32,000 nucleotides of DNA from Candidatus Hermodarchaeota archaeon (GTDB lineage: Archaea; Asgardarchaeota; Heimdallarchaeia; Hodarchaeales; Hodarchaeaceae). Of the stretch, positions 27,305 through 32,000 are shown piece by piece. The first letter of the stretch is position 1. Every line of letters begins with the position of its first letter. Location of the stretch: NCBI GenBank assembly GCA_048886185.1, contig JBHLKY010000001.1:120001-152000 (forward strand), in the 5' to 3' direction. Position numbers and translations under genes: made by a program. Below the pieces are notes generated by a model. The model saw nothing but the letters and a program-made list of their open reading frames with translations. It was not told the DNA's origin and did no database searches.

Positions 27305-29989
27305 TCATGATGACAATTCTTTGGTTACGACAGTTAAGTCAAGTTTAACTCCTTTATAGAATGCGGGGATTTGGGAGAGTAGTACAACACCAAGGATTCC
27401 TCCCCAAATGAATATCCAAGTAATCGAATTAATTATGATTTCAAAATAGAATAATCGCAAAATATTATCTAAAATCCAGCTTGCGATCCAAAGACCGATT
27501 GGAATTCCTAGGAAAATACCTAGAATTGCTTGACTTAGATTTTCAAGAGTCATAATAAACAGAAATTCCCCATCAGATAATCCAAGGGTCAACATTGTTG
27601 CAATCTCGCGTTTTCTCTCCTGAAAATTCACGTAAATTGTCGTGAATATCGACGCTCCTGCTAATAAGCACGAAAAGATCAAAAACACCGCAATAACAGC
27701 ATTGAAGGCCGCCATTAATACATTAACCGACTGACGAAAATCAACGCTGAGTTCGATAGATCTAACATCTTCCAACAGAGAGATAGATCTTTTTATTTCT
27801 TCTAGCAACGTTATATTCGATGGTTGGCTTATTTTAAGGATTAATTGTGATGTAGGAGTTAGGTCGATGTCTAATTCTGTTTTAAATTTATCGATCCACA
27901 ACTCTTCTGCAATAGTTTGAAGGGTAGTATATACCATACTTCCCCAAATTTCTTTGCTTACTCCTGAAACTGTGATATAGGGACTACTGAAATCTATATT
28001 TCTTACATTTTCAGAAAAAGAGATACTTTCCGTGTTTTGTTTTATAAGTTCTTTTAGGTACATCAACGTTTCATTTCGTCCATGGGTTTGAAGTGTATCA
28101 TTAGCCATTTTCCATACTATCCTCACCTGATTATCAATAAATGGGAGCGTATACTTTATTAAACTTCCAGCTCTGATGCTTAACTTATTTGCAAGAGCAG
28201 AACAGACAACCATACTTCCAGTTGTCCAAAGTGTATCCTCATTAGTAGACCAACGAAAATTATGAGTAGCAGGATTTGAGAAGTTCCATGCAGTGATTAA
28301 AACTTCTTGTGATTTCCCATTACTTTCTATTTTCGAGGGTATTTGAAGTACTGGGTCTATGGATACGACTCCTGGTAGATTCTGGATAAATTCTACATCT
28401 TCTTTCACTCCTAGATCAAAATAATTTACACCTTGGTATTTGATAATCATATCATATTGAGAAATTTCAAAGAACTGACTATTAACTCCAGCAGTCACCG
28501 AATCAATAAATGCGAATGACACGATGATGATCATCACAGCTGCAGCTATAGCTGTAATTGTTGCTAATGTGTGAATTCTTTTCCGAAAAAGATTTCTAAT
28601 TGGCAGTGTTATACGTAATCCCAGAAGTTTCACCAAGGGAATTTTCTCTAAAAGGGCATGTGAGCCCTTTTCAATGATAAACATTGTTTGAAGAGCTTTA
28701 CGAGGGGTCAATCGGCTAGCATTCCAAGCAGGGACAGCTCCACCAAGAAAACTCACTCCTAGACCCGTTATTAAGGCTATGAGCACTAGATGTAATTGAA
28801 TATTTATCTCAATTATCTGAGGGAACCTCATGAAATATGAATAGACCCATGTAACCAGACCTGAGGTAATAATTCCAAATCCAATCCCTAATATACTTCC
28901 TAAACCTCCAATTACCAAAACAAAGCAGATATAATGTAAAAAAATATCATTCGGGAAATAACCTATACAAGAAGCAATACCAATATTACGTCTTTGACTC
29001 TGGACTGTTCTACCTAAAGTAATATAAATTGAAACTGCAGCAACTCCTAAAACAATAATTGGAAGAGCTAAAGCTATTTCCTCAAATGTCTCTAAGTCTA
29101 ATCGAAGTGCAAGGTTTGAAACTTGGTTTTCTTGCATCACAGGAGGATTGAAAGGTACATCAATAGAAGCCTCAAGGACTTCAGCGAATTCTTCAATTAT
29201 CCGATTTCGGGTCACAATGTCTACATTCGATGCCATTTTGATAATGACATTGTTCGCCAATCCAGTAAGGTTTGTGTAAGATTGTAATCTCTCTATGGGT
29301 AAAAATATTATTCCAAAAACGCTCGTGGGAAGAAAATCATGTTTTGAGGGGATGATGACAAGAAATTCGGGACTAAAAACAACACCTTGGACAGTAAAAT
29401 TAAATTTCTGGTCTAATATTGTTGTAGAAAGGATGTCTCCCTTTGAAATTTTAAATTTTTGAGCAAAGTGAGATTCTAATAAAATTGACTTGTCTTGAGA
29501 AAAAGAATCTGAGTATGAACCACTCGTAAAAATCAAATCATTAATGCGATTGGCTTCCACTTCGGGCCATTTAATACCAATTGCACGACCCCTTGCTAAG
29601 AATTGACGAATAGAGGAGTCACTAGAGCTCGTGATGTTATAACTAGTACCAGTCACAAGACGGAAATTAATTGCTTGGATCTCTTCTGCATACTTAGATG
29701 ATACGAAATCGGTCACAATAGCCTCCATTTCTGTAGTATTAAAGCAGGTGTCACTATATGTGGAAAATTCAGCATCTGCGAAATTTGTTTGCTTATAAAT
29801 GTGGTTATATGAAGTATAAAGATTCTCGTAGCCCATTGCTAATGCAAGAAATGAGCCAGTACCGAAAAAACATAGTATAATCAATGCAAATGTTAAGAGT
29901 TTACTTCGAACAAGATCTCTACCAAGCTTCTTGAACCAAATTCGTGTTAGAAATTTCATATTCGACGTTCTTAAGTGTATCTTTACCAT
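27305..29989 (-). CDS. MacB/FtsX-type ABC transporter permease (duplicated)
   Basis: Two halves, each with TM + large extracytoplasmic domain + FtsX block (QRRNIGIASCIGY; ERKREIATMLTLG). The start is probably the internal ATG (MKFLTR). Confidence 0.88.
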   Translation of the reverse strand: MVKIHLRTSNMKFLTRIWFKKLGRDLVRSKLLTFALIILCFFGTGSFLALAMGYENLYTSYNHIYKQTNFADAEFSTYSDTCFNTTEMEAIVTDFVSSKYAEEIQAINFRLVTGTSYNITSSSDSSIRQFLARGRAIGIKWPEVEANRINDLIFTSGSYSDSFSQDKSILLESHFAQKFKISKGDILSTTILDQKFNFTVQGVVFSPEFLVIIPSKHDFLPTSVFGIIFLPIERLQSYTNLTGLANNVIIKMASNVDIVTRNRIIEEFAEVLEASIDVPFNPPVMQENQVSNLALRLDLETFEEIALALPIIVLGVAAVSIYITLGRTVQSQRRNIGIASCIGYFPNDIFLHYICFVLVIGGLGSILGIGFGIITSGLVTWVYSYFMRFPQIIEINIQLHLVLIALITGLGVSFLGGAVPAWNASRLTPRKALQTMFIIEKGSHALLEKIPLVKLLGLRITLPIRNLFRKRIHTLATITAIAAAVMIIIVSFAFIDSVTAGVNSQFFEISQYDMIIKYQGVNYFDLGVKEDVEFIQNLPGVVSIDPVLQIPSKIESNGKSQEVLITAWNFSNPATHNFRWSTNEDTLWTTGSMVVCSALANKLSIRAGSLIKYTLPFIDNQVRIVWKMANDTLQTHGRNETLMYLKELIKQNTESISFSENVRNIDFSSPYITVSGVSKEIWGSMVYTTLQTIAEELWIDKFKTELDIDLTPTSQLILKISQPSNITLLEEIKRSISLLEDVRSIELSVDFRQSVNVLMAAFNAVIAVFLIFSCLLAGASIFTTIYVNFQERKREIATMLTLGLSDGEFLFIMTLENLSQAILGIFLGIPIGLWIASWILDNILRLFYFEIIINSITWIFIWGGILGVVLLSQIPAFYKGVKLDLTVVTKELSS

Positions 29990-30723
29990 ATTAGATTACT
30001 CACTTCCACTGGTTCTCGCTGCTCAAAGTGGATCATTTGCCCCATTTGCATTGTTAAGACCATATCTGCTATTTTAGCGATTTGTTGGTTGTGGGTTGCA
30101 AGAATAAATGTTTTTTTGGTTTGTTTGTTCAGTTCTTTCATCAACTTAAGAACAGAGATTCCAGCACGATAATCAAGATTACCAGTGGGTTCATCAGCTA
30201 CAACAATTGGTGGATCTTTAGCCAGAGCTCGTGCGATGGCAACCCGTTGTTGTTCCCCCCCACTTAATTGTGAGGGAAAATGATTAGCTCGTTCTTTTAG
30301 TCCAACTTTGTCTAACCATATCAAAGCTTTTTCGTGAATATTCTTTTTCTTAAAAGTTCTAGCCCCATTTGTGGTTGGTACCCCAACCAAATCCAAAGCA
30401 AATTCAATGTTTTCTGAAGCAGTAAGAGTTGGTAATAGATTGAAAAATTGAAAAATAAATCCTATTTTTTGTCGACGAAATTGGGCTCTCTGTTTTCGAT
30501 TAAGAAAGGTGATGTCGACCCCTTCAATATGAATTCTACCTGAAGTAGGAAAGTCAATAGCTGAAACTAAGTTTAAAAGGGTTGTTTTTCCAGAACCAGA
30601 TGGCCCAAGTAAAACTACAAACAATCCAGGTTCAATGTCAAGTGTTATTCCATGTAGGGCGTTGACCGTCACCTCACCCATTTTGTAGTTTTTTGTTACC
30701 TCTTGAAGAGAAATTTGAGTCAA
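29983..30723 (-). CDS. ABC transporter ATP-binding protein (LolD/MacB type)
   Basis: [43 protein letters not shown] and ATH. Confidence 0.95.
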   Translation of the reverse strand: MTQISLQEVTKNYKMGEVTVNALHGITLDIEPGLFVVLLGPSGSGKTTLLNLVSAIDFPTSGRIHIEGVDITFLNRKQRAQFRRQKIGFIFQFFNLLPTLTASENIEFALDLVGVPTTNGARTFKKKNIHEKALIWLDKVGLKERANHFPSQLSGGEQQRVAIARALAKDPPIVVADEPTGNLDYRAGISVLKLMKELNKQTKKTFILATHNQQIAKIADMVLTMQMGQMIHFEQREPVEVSNLIW

Positions 30724-30821
30724 ATATTACAAATCCTAAATTCATTGAAGCTTGTAAGACCGAATTATTACTAAGATATTTAAAAACTATACTATTCTCA
30801 TCCTCGTCCGAGGTGAGATAC

Positions 30822-30992
30822 TTGTTAAAAATTAAATCATTTCGATTATTAGTAAATGAGGAGAAGATAGTAGCAAAAAGATTTGTACAACAATTCATTG
30901 GAAATTCTTTAGTTGGAATGGTAGAAAGTCTTCGTTTAAAGGATCCATCTATTCGTAAAATTGATCTTGTGATAGAATTTAATGATAGTTAA
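30822..30992 (+). CDS. Small (56-aa) protein resembling the C-terminal domain of archaeal MobB-like proteins
   Basis: GAGGTGA RBS (30810-30816) precedes in-frame TTG 30822. LLVNEEKI...FVQQFIGNSLVGMVESLR...I..IDLVI matches a recalled V.G..I....FV......GMV..L pattern. This start avoids overlap with the ABC gene. Confidence 0.55.
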   Translation: MLKIKSFRLLVNEEKIVAKRFVQQFIGNSLVGMVESLRLKDPSIRKIDLVIEFNDS

Positions 30993-31054
30993 TCCCTCAT
31001 AATCATGAATAAGATCCAAATTTCTTGTACTTTTGATACATTTGTCTTATAATA

Positions 31055-31417
31055 TTATTTACATTTCTGATTTGAATTTTTTTTAACAACTATTACCAAT
31101 ACAATATATAGAATTATTTTAATCCCATAAAATGGAAAAATAATAAAAATTATCCTAATTAGAATAGGATCAATATTGAAATATTCTCCTAAACCACCAC
31201 AAACACCAACTAGCTATTTATCTTCTCTGCTTCAAAAAAATTTTTTAAATTGGGATAGTCTATGAGTCCGTTGGTAAGACAATAGGGGTCTTTCGGGGAG
31301 TCTCTCACTTTTCTTCTCTATCCATTTTTGAGAACTGTGTAATTCCAACCCACAATTACTGCAGGGCATATTGACTGTATTTATCATCATTCCACATTTA
31401 TCACAATAATGTGCCAT
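31055..31417 (-). pseudogene. pspC: Zn-ribbon-PspC fusion interrupted by in-frame TGA and TAG
   Basis: Single frame: MAHYCDKC..CSNC...KKFF*SREDK*LVGVCGGLGEYFNIDPILIRIIFIIFPFYGIKIILYIVLVIVVKK...*. TGA at 31232-31234 and TAG at 31214-31216 fall within the PspC signature (L/F)YRS..D+..GVCGG..EYF.ID. Confidence 0.88.
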
Positions 31418-31625
31418 GTTTAAGATTTCCTTAATACATATAGATGACAGAATATGGTTATTTTTAATCTATGGCTAATATTTATACCTTTACTTCCCCT
31501 TGGTCATTTTAGCGAGCTAATAGTATTCCTCTAGTAAATCTCAAAAGTAATTAGTTTAAATTCTTATTATGACAAGTAAAAAACTAGAATTATCTGTTTA
31601 TTTCCAAAAGGAGTTAAATTAGGGG

Positions 31626-32000
31626 ATGAAATCCTCATTCAATAATAAAATGGATCTCAATGATGAAACCAAGGCATTTTTTAACTTTATTACGCATCCA
31701 ACTAAATTAGAATCATTAATCATGTTAGAACAGCTTATTAAAGACACTAAGGATGAAAATCTAAGATGTTTCTGGAAAATACTTTCAGATAAAAATCTAG
31801 AATGTTTTAGACTTACATGTAAAGAAAATAATACATCTAAGGAAGTATATTATATTGATCTTGAAACTCCGATATTATTTTATCCTGTATTCCAGAATCA
31901 CATCTCTTTAAATATTGCCTCGAATTTTTTTTCTCTAGCGAGTAAAATTAAGTCAAATTTATTGAATTTCTATAGTCAAGAAGTCGAAAGTTCTTTTATT
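31626..32000 (+). CDS. Hypothetical protein, 3'-truncated by the window edge
   Basis: Open frame of 125 codons from ATG 31626 to the window end (MKSSFNNKMDLNDETKAFFNFITHPTKLE...); not in the ORF track; no family recognised. Confidence 0.55.
   Translation, partial: MKSSFNNKMDLNDETKAFFNFITHPTKLESLIMLEQLIKDTKDENLRCFWKILSDKNLECFRLTCKENNTSKEVYYIDLETPILFYPVFQNHISLNIASNFFSLASKIKSNLLNFYSQEVESSFI

Noticed and set aside
31569-31625. Short in-frame uORF ending in TAG just before ATG 31626, suggesting another readthrough
   Set aside because: AGGAG and GGGG upstream of ATG 31626 explain an independent start, and there is no homology evidence across the stop.
1-32000. Genome-wide stop-codon reassignment
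   Set aside because: TAA, TAG and TGA each terminate conserved genes at the expected ends (e.g. glpK TAA, SDR TAG, radA TGA).

Overview
AT-rich archaeal chromosomal segment, marked by radA, a cdc6/orc1 homologue and carS. The many Zn-ribbon/TM proteins and Ig-like surface domains suggest Asgard (Heimdall/Hodarchaea-like) origin; this is inference, not a search result. Housekeeping and metabolic genes (glyoxylate reductase-like, nitroreductase, glpK, HAD, amidohydrolase, amine/2,4-diaminopentanoate dehydrogenase-like, lipid genes, SDR, MacB/FtsX-type ABC pair) surround two unusual membrane operons. (1) 1708-5315 (-): a CBS-4TM protein, a VTT/VMP1-like protein, and a two-TM protein with a Gly/Arg-rich N-terminus, an extracytoplasmic region resembling plant APD1-4 E3 ligases, double zinc ribbons and a C-terminal RING-like finger. 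(2) 19048-26383 (+): a C-type lectin/Ig-like surface protein, an 1108-aa protein built from TM-hairpin/amphipathic-helix repeats, and a 2.7-kb single reading frame (TM, Zn ribbon, 42-aa repeats) interrupted by three in-frame stops. Two further decayed genes missed by the ORF track were found by manual translation: a histidine-kinase HATPase remnant upstream of cdc6 and a Zn-ribbon-PspC fusion with two in-frame stops. No rRNA, tRNA, CRISPR array or transposase was recognised. All family calls come from motif recognition by eye.
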